A DNA stretch of 64,000 nt from Candidatus Latescibacterota bacterium (lineage in GTDB: Bacteria; Latescibacterota; UBA2968; UBA8231), in NCBI GenBank assembly GCA_965206595.1, contig OZ242214.1, positions 3,680,001-3,744,000 of the forward strand. The letters are read 5' to 3'. Positions 49,680 through 59,047 of this stretch are shown in pieces. Position numbers and translations under genes: made by a program. The stretch's first letter is position 1. Every line of letters starts with the position of its first letter. The notes under the pieces are model-generated. The model saw only the letters and a list, made by a program, of their open reading frames with translations, ran no database searches and was not told the origin of the DNA.

Positions 49680-50594
49680 CTAAGAGCGCACCAAGACGAA
49701 ACCCAGAGCGAACGTGGTGCCGCTGAGCGTGTTCTTGCCCGCAAGGACATGAAAGACATCCGCCTGCAATAGCAGGCCCGGCTTCAAAGAGTAGATGAGG
49801 GCCGGATTGACCTTGGCGATATGCTGGTCGCCGACGACGAGAGAAGGCAACACTCCGCCACCGCCGGGCAGAGGGGTCACCACGGTCCGGCCGTAAATAT
49901 CCGGCGGAGCGCTCCTGTTCTCTACCCCGTCGAGCCCCACCTTGAAAAGGAGCCGGTCGGCTGTGTACCCCGCTTCGACCGCGTAGAGGATCTCGTCGTG
50001 CAGTCGCCCGCCGCGACCACGGTATCCCAGAGCGGCGGAGAGATAGAGCGGCAAGGGGTAGAGGCTTTTTCCAGCCAGTACGTGGAGTTCGCCATCCACT
50101 TCGCCAGTGCCCAGGGGAGGGCCGTCGTTCGACGGCGAATTGTCGTAACCCAGGGGCATCTTAGTGCCGCCCTGCAGGGAGAGAGCCAGAGGAGAAACGA
50201 GCAGTGCATAACGCAGGGACAGGCTCAGATCGGCAAAACCGTTGGTGTGAACGATTTCTCTGAATCGCACAACGCCGCCGCCGATGAGCCCGGTGCGTGA
50301 CGAGCGCAGGGCTTTGTACTGCAGGTTGGATACGACGGTGACGCGGTCGCCCAAGCCGTATTCCAGATAGGTGGTCAGATTTAAGTCGAGGAAAGAGCCG
50401 TCGGTGAAACCCGCGTGCTCCTCGAACAGGTCCATGCGCACGCCGCGGTAGTTGAATTCCCTGGTGGTGGACAGGTAACTGGACGAGAGCTTGAGGTAGT
50501 ATGCTCTTTTACTCTGCACCCAGGCGCCGGACCGCACACTGTCGCTGCTGCCTATGAGAATCAGGAGAACGACAGAGGCTCTTGCCCTGAGCAT
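49680..50594 (-). CDS. Putative outer-membrane beta-barrel protein
   Basis: Signal peptide followed by GAW; YLEYGL, GFADLSLSLRY, PLGY, LGTGEVD; alternating hydrophobic strands to the C-terminus. Confidence 0.65.
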   Translation of the reverse strand: MLRARASVVLLILIGSSDSVRSGAWVQSKRAYYLKLSSSYLSTTREFNYRGVRMDLFEEHAGFTDGSFLDLNLTTYLEYGLGDRVTVVSNLQYKALRSSRTGLIGGGVVRFREIVHTNGFADLSLSLRYALLVSPLALSLQGGTKMPLGYDNSPSNDGPPLGTGEVDGELHVLAGKSLYPLPLYLSAALGYRGRGGRLHDEILYAVEAGYTADRLLFKVGLDGVENRSAPPDIYGRTVVTPLPGGGGVLPSLVVGDQHIAKVNPALIYSLKPGLLLQADVFHVLAGKNTLSGTTFALGFVLVRS

Positions 50595-50600
50595 TACGGA

Positions 50601-50768
50601 CTAGTGTCCCTTCGCAGAGATGGATTGACAAAATCGGGACGCCGAGGCGCCCGGCTCACAAGGCGCCTGAGCGAGTCGTACCGAGGGTGTACGGCGAGCG
50701 AAGGCAACGCCGTGAGCCGGGATGGATCGGCGTTCCGATGGCGACATATTTCTGCGACGGGACACTAG
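50601..50768. mobile_element. 168-bp palindromic MITE/REP-like element
   Basis: Terminal inverted repeats CTAGTGTCCC(T/G)TCGCAGA(G/A)AT; nested internal arms ATCGGGACGCCGA/TCGGCGTTCCGAT, CCGGCTCAC/GTGAGCCGG and CGTAC/GTACG; no coding capacity. Confidence 0.7.
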
Positions 50769-51443
50769 AGCTCGAGGATCTTTGAAGCCGGAAAGTCCGC
50801 CTTCCAGCGGTTCCAGCGCGTAAGGGTGCTCCCGAATTGTGGCAGCCTCCGGTCGGCGTAGGTACCGCTGATGCAGGTCAGCCCGTCACTGCCCTGCAGA
50901 TGGTACCACATGCTTTCGGTCTCGAAGTCGTAGAGCACGAAGGTGTTGCGATAGGTCCACCCGCTGGCGCCCAGGGTCAGGATCTCTTCGTCGATTTCTC
51001 GGCTGTACACGGCAGCCAGGTTGGCCAGCGGTCAGTAGGCCACAGCCACGTGCGCGTCCCCGAATTGCTCGTTGGCCACTTCCTTCCAGCGCATGATGTA
51101 GATGGGGTAGGCGCGGGTGAAACCGTTGAGGTTGACCCCTATCACGAGAAAATCGTCGTCGTCGGACGGGTAGCCCTCATCGCCGGGCGAAAGCATCCGT
51201 GGGTTCAGGATGGGCCTGATGAAATGTATCCCCAAACCGTGTGCAAAACGCTCGGGAACCATGCCGTATTTCTACGCGTGGGTCACGTCCCAGGTCTTGG
51301 CCTCGAAGTCCGGTGATGGAGGCCTTTGGAAACTCGGTCCCGTCTCCATCCTGATCGTTCGAAGAAACCGGCTCGGTGGTTGGGTTGTACACGACATCGT
51401 CGCCTCAACCGGTTGAGAACAAGGTCCATAGCCCGAAAAGCAT
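50765..51443 (-). pseudogene. DUF3179-domain selenoprotein copy 2 (Sec TGA 51034-51032), N-terminus disrupted
   Basis: AHVAVAY-U-PLANLAAVYSR as in copy 1. Additional TGA at the lipobox Cys (51407-51405), a frameshift near 51310 and an in-frame TAG (51274-51272). Confidence 0.75.
50998..51019 (-). promoter_or_regulatory. Putative bacterial SECIS hairpin (copy 2)
   Basis: Same 22-nt hairpin and same 12-nt spacing from the UGA as copy 1. Confidence 0.6.
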
Positions 51444-51577
51444 TGTCTTCAGAGAGAATTCACCCTCATCAGTGGCGGACGCGAAAGAGACTAGGCGCGT
51501 AATGCTTTGAAGTATGAATATATGGACCGCAAGTAAAAATCCAGCCCCATGGTGAAGAATACACCTCACCGCCTCGC

Positions 51578-53545
51578 TTAATACATCATGCTCAATCCGT
51601 TGCCCATCATCCCGGTGAAATAGTCGACGATCAACCAGAATCCCCCAGCGACGAACTGACCCAGGATCAACCCGTAGAAAACGGGGATGAGCGCCTGATA
51701 CGCTTTGAGGCCGCCGTACTTCAAGATGACCGTCTTGAGCAACCAGGCCAGGAAGACCGGAAACCAGGCCGTGTCCATCACCCGGTCCATGCTGACCACA
51801 AATCCCAGTGGGTGCAAGGGCCACCACAGGAATCGGCGCTGCATGAGAAGCAGACCAGTCATCACCCCTCCCCCTATCAACCGGATGAGCCAACCCAGCC
51901 CGTTCGGTCCCGCGTCCTCCTCGACCCGGCTCCCCACGTACGCCCAGGTGAAGTCGGGCAGGTACCCAACGGAACGCGCTACGTTGATGCCTCCCTCGCG
52001 ATAGGCTATCGACAGCGACATCCAGAAGGTGCTGACTACAGAAATCAGGATGGCTATCGCCAGCGCCAGCAGCAGCCAGCGCTTGCGATAGGCGATTTCA
52101 CCGGTCAGCTTCAACCCGGTGGCGGTGTGCGCCATCATCGTGCTCGCCAGGGACTCCGTCCATATCACCGTCGGACCCAGCGCCGCCATCCCCGCCGGCC
52201 CTATGTAGCGCACCCCGATTCCGGAGACCACGAAGTCCAGGGGGATGTTGCGGGGAAACACCATGGGCAGTCCCGCCTCGGCGATGATGCGCGTCAGGCT
52301 GACGAAAGTCACCAGCGCCCCGAACAGAAACAGCAGACCCGCCCACAGGGGCAAACCTGCCCGCCACAACCACAGGTTCATAACGATCACGCCGAGAATC
52401 ACCCCCCATACGGCGCTGCGGTAGGACATGATCTCGTCGGAATCGTCCACGGACGCGTCGCCTCTGAAGGCCTTGCGGAACACCGCACGCAGATGCCCCC
52501 GGGCTATCCACAGTCCAAAGAGGACCAGCGCCACCATCGCACCGATGCTCTGATGGGCCAGCAAGCCCCTCACACCGCCGCCACCGCCATAGTTGGACAG
52601 AGCTTCCCCGATGCCCGCTCCCGTCAGGTGCAGGACACCCTCCTCCAGGCGCCTCAGGAAATAGAACACCCACATCCCGAACATGACGTCTGCCTTGAGG
52701 AAATACGCGAACCCCAGGATCATCAGGTTCACCGAGAATCCGACATTCGCGAATCGCGGTATCAGCGTGAGTTGCCCGAAGTGGGTCGGAATCACGGGAA
52801 CGATGGGGAAGTAGTGGTGCAAGGCGTTGAGGCTCTCGCGACCGAACGACAGCGACATACCCACCCACATCAGACCGCTCTTGAAGAAAGGAGCCACCAG
52901 CGAACCGCCCGACGGCGGCTGCACTATGGCAAGCGGCACTTTGGTGATTGGATAGATGAGATGCTCGTGCTCCACCCACTGGCGGCGAAGGATGACCATG
53001 GCGCAGATGCTCGCCATCCACAACGCCACCATGAACACCAACCACCACAACAGCGGCGGCAACCACATGCCCCAGGGGATGGACTCGCCCTCCGGTATGC
53101 CCTCGAAAAACCACCGGATCCCCAGCTCGTCCTGCGGGACCATCCACTCCGCCACGTAGGGATGGACCCGCTCTGCCCAGTTGTTTTCCGGAGTGGCCAG
53201 GTAGTACACCCCGGCCGCGGATCCCAGCAGCATCATGCAGAACCCGTTGCGTTCGCCACCCGAGAAGGCCGTGGATACGACCATCATGATGTAGATGGTC
53301 AGCAGCTCTCCCTTGTCCAGGACCAGCCTCCGGTGGATGAGTGCCAACACAACCTGGACGACACCCACCCACAGGAAGAACAGGAAGAACGCGGCGGGAC
53401 CATTCAACCCGCTCATGCGGGTGCCCATGATGACGAAGGCACCGAAGGGCTCTCCCACGCCGATCGCCAGACTGAGTGCGGCGCCGATGACGAGCGCGCG
53501 CAGCGAAACCCCAGAGGCTGACCGGTCCTCTATACTCCCTGACAA
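51578..53545 (-). CDS. DUF6785/DUF6784-type polytopic membrane protein, copy 2
   Basis: Colinear and highly similar to 39035-41002, with long identical peptides such as AGLPMVFPRNIPLDFV and GPTVIWTESLASTMMAH. Confidence 0.85.
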   Translation of the reverse strand: MSGSIEDRSASGVSLRALVIGAALSLAIGVGEPFGAFVIMGTRMSGLNGPAAFFLFFLWVGVVQVVLALIHRRLVLDKGELLTIYIMMVVSTAFSGGERNGFCMMLLGSAAGVYYLATPENNWAERVHPYVAEWMVPQDELGIRWFFEGIPEGESIPWGMWLPPLLWWLVFMVALWMASICAMVILRRQWVEHEHLIYPITKVPLAIVQPPSGGSLVAPFFKSGLMWVGMSLSFGRESLNALHHYFPIVPVIPTHFGQLTLIPRFANVGFSVNLMILGFAYFLKADVMFGMWVFYFLRRLEEGVLHLTGAGIGEALSNYGGGGGVRGLLAHQSIGAMVALVLFGLWIARGHLRAVFRKAFRGDASVDDSDEIMSYRSAVWGVILGVIVMNLWLWRAGLPLWAGLLFLFGALVTFVSLTRIIAEAGLPMVFPRNIPLDFVVSGIGVRYIGPAGMAALGPTVIWTESLASTMMAHTATGLKLTGEIAYRKRWLLLALAIAILISVVSTFWMSLSIAYREGGINVARSVGYLPDFTWAYVGSRVEEDAGPNGLGWLIRLIGGGVMTGLLLMQRRFLWWPLHPLGFVVSMDRVMDTAWFPVFLAWLLKTVILKYGGLKAYQALIPVFYGLILGQFVAGGFWLIVDYFTGMMGNGLSMMY

Positions 53546-53683
53546 ACCGGGCAGTCCTTCCCTTGAGTGTCGCCGGGAAACCTCGACGACCTACTCAATT
53601 CCAACTGTCGACAAGAATGAAACGGTAGCGGAGGGATGGAGAGATGGAGATGGGGGGATGGTGATGGGCGAAGAGGAGTACTG

Positions 53684-54919
53684 CTACTCTATCTCCTCGA
53701 AAGTGAACGGATACACCACCACTACATCGGTCAACGGGGGACGTCGCTGAGGTCTTGAGGGTTCCTCCCGGCGCGATTCAGCCCCCGATCCTGGCTCGCC
53801 AGCCCGCGCGGTGCTCTGTTGAGAGGGCCCGGCCTGCTGTGCGTACTGTCCGGCGGGTTGGAACTGCCAGCGCTGCACTTCTGCCACAATACAGACGCCC
53901 ACCTGCGCATTCATTACCGTGGACTTGGTCACGCTCACCGCCTCGACCACGCCGTTCACACGAATCGTGAATTGAACCTCCACCACGCCCTCGACTGCCT
54001 CTCCCTGGTCAAACGCCTCGGAAAAACATCGCCGCAGATCCGCGAGGTTGTGATCGACGATCGAATTGATCGCGCCCGTGTTCCGGGCAAGATCCCCCTG
54101 CTGGTTGCCGCGGATCTGGCGGGGGCCCCGGATAACCACCCGCGTCGTCTCCGTGGGCACTCGCTCTTCCAACTCCTCCTCCGCGATCACTTCCTTGCTG
54201 ACCATACGGCTGAAGTCAAACGGGAGGTCTATGGTCTCGATCGGGTGCCCCGACGCGTCGAACTTGAGCGCGAATTCCTTGAGAATCAGACGCACGTTGC
54301 GCACCTTGGGATGGAGGGGATCGAACACGACAAGCCCGCTGTAGTTCTCCCCTTTGAAAATCACCTCGTCTTCTCCATAGGCGGTCGCGCGCACGATCCC
54401 TATCCGTTTGGAAAAGCGATAGTGCTCGTTCCCGCTGATGCCGCGCAAGCCCCGGTAGTACCCCTCCAAGCTTTTGCGATCAGCCACCGGGGCGATCGTG
54501 TACGATTCCAGATAGCCTCCCCGGTCCGTCAACAGGATGACCTTCAGTGGATCCAACTGCATCTTGGCGTAGGTGTAGTTGTACACCGCGATGTTGAACA
54601 CGGTGAATCGATTCCGCACATACCCCACGTTCGGATCCATCCAATCCCCGTAGGTGTAGGGGTTGGTCGAAAGCTCTCCTCCTTTCGAATCGTCGGGAAA
54701 CATCTCGTTCAGCGCCGGATCGGTCATGTACTGCACATCTATCCGGGAGCCTTCCAGGTGGTAGGAGACTACTCCGTCATCCCCTATCGAATATTCCTCC
54801 CGCTCCGACTCCTTCGGGTCGAGGACGGAACGGTACTCGACTCGCGGCACCGAAAGGCACGCGGCCAGAAAAATCGGGGCCATCAGCATTGCGAAACGCA
54901 GGACACGGTTATTTAGCAT
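53684..54919 (-). CDS. Lipoprotein with C-terminal AgmX/PglI (TonB_C-like) domain
   Basis: Lipobox LAAC; C-terminal LRRCF...EGVVEVQFTIRVNGVV...STVMNAQVGVCIVAEVQRWQF...VVYPFTF. Confidence 0.8.
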   Translation of the reverse strand: MLNNRVLRFAMLMAPIFLAACLSVPRVEYRSVLDPKESEREEYSIGDDGVVSYHLEGSRIDVQYMTDPALNEMFPDDSKGGELSTNPYTYGDWMDPNVGYVRNRFTVFNIAVYNYTYAKMQLDPLKVILLTDRGGYLESYTIAPVADRKSLEGYYRGLRGISGNEHYRFSKRIGIVRATAYGEDEVIFKGENYSGLVVFDPLHPKVRNVRLILKEFALKFDASGHPIETIDLPFDFSRMVSKEVIAEEELEERVPTETTRVVIRGPRQIRGNQQGDLARNTGAINSIVDHNLADLRRCFSEAFDQGEAVEGVVEVQFTIRVNGVVEAVSVTKSTVMNAQVGVCIVAEVQRWQFQPAGQYAQQAGPSQQSTARAGEPGSGAESRREEPSRPQRRPPLTDVVVVYPFTFEEIE

Positions 54920-54997
54920 CAGTTCCAACTCCTCCAGCAATCGACTCGCGCCGCCGCATTCCCCGTATACGCGCAGCGTGGAGAGCTATGATCAGGA

Positions 54998-56767
54998 CTA
55001 CCGAAGTCGCAGTCGGCGCCCCCCAGGGCCCCAACCTTCGGTGAAAGGCCCTACCGGGACCTCCTCTTCGGGATACGGACGACCGAAGTAGTCGAGACTC
55101 AACAGTTCGTCACGGATCACCTTGGGGGCCGCATCGCACGGTGACGACCAGGCCAGGTGTTGTTCCTCGGTGTCGATCACCATGTCGAGCTCTACCATGC
55201 GGCTGTGGGCATCCAGACCGGTAGCCTGCCAGTCATCCAGACTGAAGTCCTCGTCCATCCCAGCGAGTACGTTGTAGTCCGATACGTTGTCCATGACCAC
55301 GTATTCGAACCCTTTCGGGCATCCCACGATGACGTTGTTGACGATGCGGTTGTCTTTGCACACGCCTACCCGGTCGCGGGTCGGACACTTCCGCATATGG
55401 ACTCCGGCATAGTCGCAATTCAGCACCAGGTTGTGGGCGATCAGAAGCTGGTCACAATCCTGCTGATAGACGCCGCTGCCCGCTTCCACGTTGCAGATGA
55501 CATTGTGGTCGATCAGGTTCGGGACATTCGATGCCTCGAAGAAGATCCCCCCGGTTGTCGCCGCGATGTCGTGCAGCAGGTTTCGCGTCACCCGTGAATT
55601 CTTGTTGGCGAAATCGATCCAGATTCCGGGGGCTGCATGACAATGGTGGATGTGGTTGCACTGGACAACGGTATCGCTGAGGATGAGGATCTTGATGCCA
55701 GCCGTCTCCCAGTAGCGCTCTACTTCCTGCCAGCCGCAGTCGTGGATGTGGTTGTCGGCCACCAGGCTCCGCGGGACGACGGTTCCCTGAATGCCGCCGG
55801 TGCCGCAGTCGTAGACGTGATTGCCGAGTACCAGATGGCCGCCCGTCGTCTCTTCCAGTTCGTTGCGGTTTTCATCCTCCAGACTCTCGTCGGTGAAGCC
55901 GCCGATCTCGATGCCCACGGAATTGATGTGACGAACGGTGTTCTCCTCGATGATCCAGTGGTGCCCGCCCCAGGTCGTTACGGCACCGTTTCCCGAACGG
56001 ATGAAACCGTTGCCGGCGTGCTCGAATGCCAAACCTTTGATGCGGATATACCCCAGCCCCCTCACCTGCGGATTAAACAGGAACTGCAGAGTGGTGGCCT
56101 CGATTTCGCAAGTGTTGGGATTGCTGCGATCGAAGGGATGCACGACCAGAGTGCGGTTCTCCGCATCGATCCAGAACGCCCCGGGAACCCGGGGCAGGTC
56201 GTCGCGCGTTCCGAGCTGGGTCAGGCGGCGGCCCCCCTGAAAAACCATGGCCCGGGGAAAGGTGTGTGGAGCCCGTCCGCGCTCGGCGTGGGCCCAGTGC
56301 ATGAGCTCGAAGTCCGCTTCGGTGGTATTGACGACGGAGAAGGGATGGTCCTCTTCGAAGAATGCTTCGGGCAGCTCCGCCGTCCACACGCTCAACGATC
56401 GCGCCAAACCGGTGTGTGACCACGTGGCGTCGATCACCTGGGAACCGCGGATGACGACCTCGGCACCAGGCGCCGCCTCATAGCTGATCATCGAATCCGG
56501 GCCGGTGCCGCCGCGCCGGGGCTGGACGAGCTCGCGGTAGACACCCGACTTGATCAAAACCTTCCCGCCCGGCTCGACGAGTTCAGCGGCGCGCTGAATC
56601 GTTAGAAAGGGCGCCTCTTCCGTGCCCGGATTGTTGTCGGCCGCCCCAGGGTGCTGCTGATCCACGTAGTAGATATGCCCGTAGGCAGTGCCATCCCGCC
56701 AGAACTGGAACGCCGTCCCGTCCGGCAGGGGGATCGGTGGACCTTGACCGTTGGATCGTGCCATCAT
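54998..56767 (-). CDS. Right-handed parallel beta-helix protein (DUF1565/pectate-lyase-like fold)
   Basis: YYVDQQHPGAADNNPGTEEAPFLTIQRAA...PG..VLIKSGVYRE; repeated N-x-I/V...GI beta-helix coils. Confidence 0.85.
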   Translation of the reverse strand: MMARSNGQGPPIPLPDGTAFQFWRDGTAYGHIYYVDQQHPGAADNNPGTEEAPFLTIQRAAELVEPGGKVLIKSGVYRELVQPRRGGTGPDSMISYEAAPGAEVVIRGSQVIDATWSHTGLARSLSVWTAELPEAFFEEDHPFSVVNTTEADFELMHWAHAERGRAPHTFPRAMVFQGGRRLTQLGTRDDLPRVPGAFWIDAENRTLVVHPFDRSNPNTCEIEATTLQFLFNPQVRGLGYIRIKGLAFEHAGNGFIRSGNGAVTTWGGHHWIIEENTVRHINSVGIEIGGFTDESLEDENRNELEETTGGHLVLGNHVYDCGTGGIQGTVVPRSLVADNHIHDCGWQEVERYWETAGIKILILSDTVVQCNHIHHCHAAPGIWIDFANKNSRVTRNLLHDIAATTGGIFFEASNVPNLIDHNVICNVEAGSGVYQQDCDQLLIAHNLVLNCDYAGVHMRKCPTRDRVGVCKDNRIVNNVIVGCPKGFEYVVMDNVSDYNVLAGMDEDFSLDDWQATGLDAHSRMVELDMVIDTEEQHLAWSSPCDAAPKVIRDELLSLDYFGRPYPEEEVPVGPFTEGWGPGGRRLRLR

Positions 56768-56777
56768 TTCCTGCACG

Positions 56778-57971
56778 CTATTTCTGGCTGTAGAAATCGA
56801 TCTGCTGCTGCGCAATCGAGCCCTGTTGCGTCAGGGCGAATACCACCAGGTTCAACCCCATCTTCAACTGCGGTTCATTCGAAAACTCTCTCTCCCAGAT
56901 GCTCCCGTACGCCTTGTCCGAATAAACCGCCACCAGCCGTCCTTCCAGGAAAATCCCCTCCAGATGCGGCGCCGGAACCTTACTGCCCCCTGTTGCGCTC
57001 AAGATCTCTCCACCGGGTGGCGGTCCATCGTTGAAGTCAAAAAAGCTGTGATGGATGGGGTGGTCGTACGAGAGCATTATGAACCGCGCATCCTTCTTGA
57101 GCACATCCTTGAACATCTTCCGCAACGAGGCTTCAGCCGGGCCGTATTCCAGGGATGGGACCCCGTTCTCCGCGAACACGAACCCCCCCACCCTCATATA
57201 CTCCCCCAAGTTGCGGACCTCCTGGGCGGTGAGATTGAATCCCTTGTTCGCCGTGATATACACGAAGGGCGCCTTGAACAGATCCCGCGAATCCAGCTTC
57301 AGGCGATCCTCTACTTTGGCGTTTATCATGGTATACTTGTTGACAGCCCTCGCCAGTTGCGGAATCGCCCTGGGCGTTGGCGGATCCAACTCTTCTCCCA
57401 CCGCAAGTGCCAGATACACGAACCCCTGGATGTCCTGCTTGTTTGTCGGATCCTGGATCACGAGCCCTTTGTACTTCCCCGTATCCAACGCGTCCAGATC
57501 GAGAAACTCCTCCTGCATGCTGAGCCGTTTCTCGGGCTCCTTGGTGCTGGCCAATCGCGCGAAAGCCGCGATCTCCGGGACGACTGCCTGCCCGCCCACA
57601 GTCGCCCCGCTCTCGATCGCATAATTGAACGTGGTCACGGTTCCGAATACGTCCGGACGATTTATGCGCTCGCTGATGGCGATCTCGGGAACGATCTCTG
57701 CCTGGACCCGCCTGCGCGTCATCTTTCGCTGCACCCGCTTCTTCTTCAACTCGAAGGGTTTGGTAAGCCTCGGGGTCCGCATCACAAACTCGAGCGTGGG
57801 CGGTTGAGCTTCCCGGATCTCCGACTTGGAGATCACCAGATAGGAGAACAGGCCCGCGTGTACCAACAAGGCGATGACCAGGCCCGCGACCGCATGCCGC
57901 CGGGTGTCGGCCAGCAGCCGGTTCAGCTTCAGGGCATCGGCAGGTGTTTCGAATCGTCCGTGCTGCGCCAT
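56778..57971 (-). CDS. DUF4159-domain protein with N-terminal TonB-like membrane anchor
   Basis: TM segment IALLVHAGLF, basic linker, then PFVYIT...LGEYMRVGGFVF...HPIHHSFFDF...GRLVAVYS...KMGLNLVVFALT. Confidence 0.8.
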   Translation of the reverse strand: MAQHGRFETPADALKLNRLLADTRRHAVAGLVIALLVHAGLFSYLVISKSEIREAQPPTLEFVMRTPRLTKPFELKKKRVQRKMTRRRVQAEIVPEIAISERINRPDVFGTVTTFNYAIESGATVGGQAVVPEIAAFARLASTKEPEKRLSMQEEFLDLDALDTGKYKGLVIQDPTNKQDIQGFVYLALAVGEELDPPTPRAIPQLARAVNKYTMINAKVEDRLKLDSRDLFKAPFVYITANKGFNLTAQEVRNLGEYMRVGGFVFAENGVPSLEYGPAEASLRKMFKDVLKKDARFIMLSYDHPIHHSFFDFNDGPPPGGEILSATGGSKVPAPHLEGIFLEGRLVAVYSDKAYGSIWEREFSNEPQLKMGLNLVVFALTQQGSIAQQQIDFYSQK

Positions 57972-57993
57972 CGCTCTTTCCCCCAAGTGCTTC

Positions 57994-58443
57994 TTACTGG
58001 AACACAAACACTGTATCCAGACGGGCAGCGGGCCCTCGGAACAGGGAGTCGTCCACCGCGCTGACCAGGAAGAAAAACCAGGTCGAATCAGCAAACCCGT
58101 CCTCTGATAAACTGGACTCTTCGATGCTGTAGGCAGTCTCCTTCACGAGCGCCTCCCTCCGGAGTCCCAAGGTATCGGACAACGAGACGACAAACCCCGC
58201 CACGTTCGTGTCGTCGGCCATCCTCCACGTCAGGACGACCCGCTGCCCGTCTTCGACCTGCGCCTGCAGGTCGCTGGGAGAACCCAGCAAGGTTTCGTGG
58301 AACGCAACGGGAGCGTCGTGCTGTTTGCTGCAGAAGACCAGGCCTGCCGAAAGAATACCGAACCAAAGGATGTGCCATACGTTCAAATGACCGATCCTCC
58401 GATGCGTAGACCCCGCCGTCGCTATCTCTTTATTCCGTAACAC
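57994..58443 (-). CDS. Small putative lipoprotein with FN3-like domain
   Basis: LVFC lipobox-like; PSDLQA...VVLTW...GFVV...FLVSAVD; GGAGGA RBS. Confidence 0.6.
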   Translation of the reverse strand: MLRNKEIATAGSTHRRIGHLNVWHILWFGILSAGLVFCSKQHDAPVAFHETLLGSPSDLQAQVEDGQRVVLTWRMADDTNVAGFVVSLSDTLGLRREALVKETAYSIEESSLSEDGFADSTWFFFLVSAVDDSLFRGPAARLDTVFVFQ

Positions 58444-58474
58444 GATCCTCCTCCATCCTCCGCTGGTCAGCCAT

Positions 58475-59026
58475 TCAGAACCCCTTCGATATCACGATCC
58501 CCGTCGTGCCACCTACGGGACCTACTGACACCCGCGGCCGGCGGTCGACCTCTTGGGAAGCGGTCGCATCCCCCGATTGCCAGAACAGGATATCTACCAG
58601 ATTCAAGGCGTAGATCGCCGCCGCTGCATACCCGAAGATCTGCCGGCGACTATGCAGGTTGTCCAGGTCATCGTTCAGATCCACCAGACGCCGCCACTTG
58701 GCCTCCGCCTCCTGGTGGTTGCCGCCCACACGCAGAGCTTCGTACTCGCTCCGGGAGGTCGCGTATACATCCCGACGTGTGCTGTAGGACTCGTGCCCGT
58801 CTACCGCCACGATCAATGAGACCAGCTCGCCCAGAAAGAGCGCCCCGCCCTTCTGCTTCTGCCCGGAAGCCATCTGTCCCAGACCGGGAAACAGCACGGA
58901 CAGAACCACTGCCGTATTCCGCGACACCCGGACCTCTTCGGCAAACATCTCTTCCTCGCCTTCGGCCTCCCGCGCCGTCCCGCAGACAAACGCCGCACAC
59001 AACAGAACGCAGATCACGTGTTTCAC
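58475..59026 (-). CDS. DUF5683-like membrane/secreted protein
   Basis: LSVLFPGLGQ...KG and IYALNLVD motifs; GGAGGAG RBS. Confidence 0.65.
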   Translation of the reverse strand: MKHVICVLLCAAFVCGTAREAEGEEEMFAEEVRVSRNTAVVLSVLFPGLGQMASGQKQKGGALFLGELVSLIVAVDGHESYSTRRDVYATSRSEYEALRVGGNHQEAEAKWRRLVDLNDDLDNLHSRRQIFGYAAAAIYALNLVDILFWQSGDATASQEVDRRPRVSVGPVGGTTGIVISKGF

Positions 59027-59047
59027 GAGCTCTCCTCCCAGGGCTTT

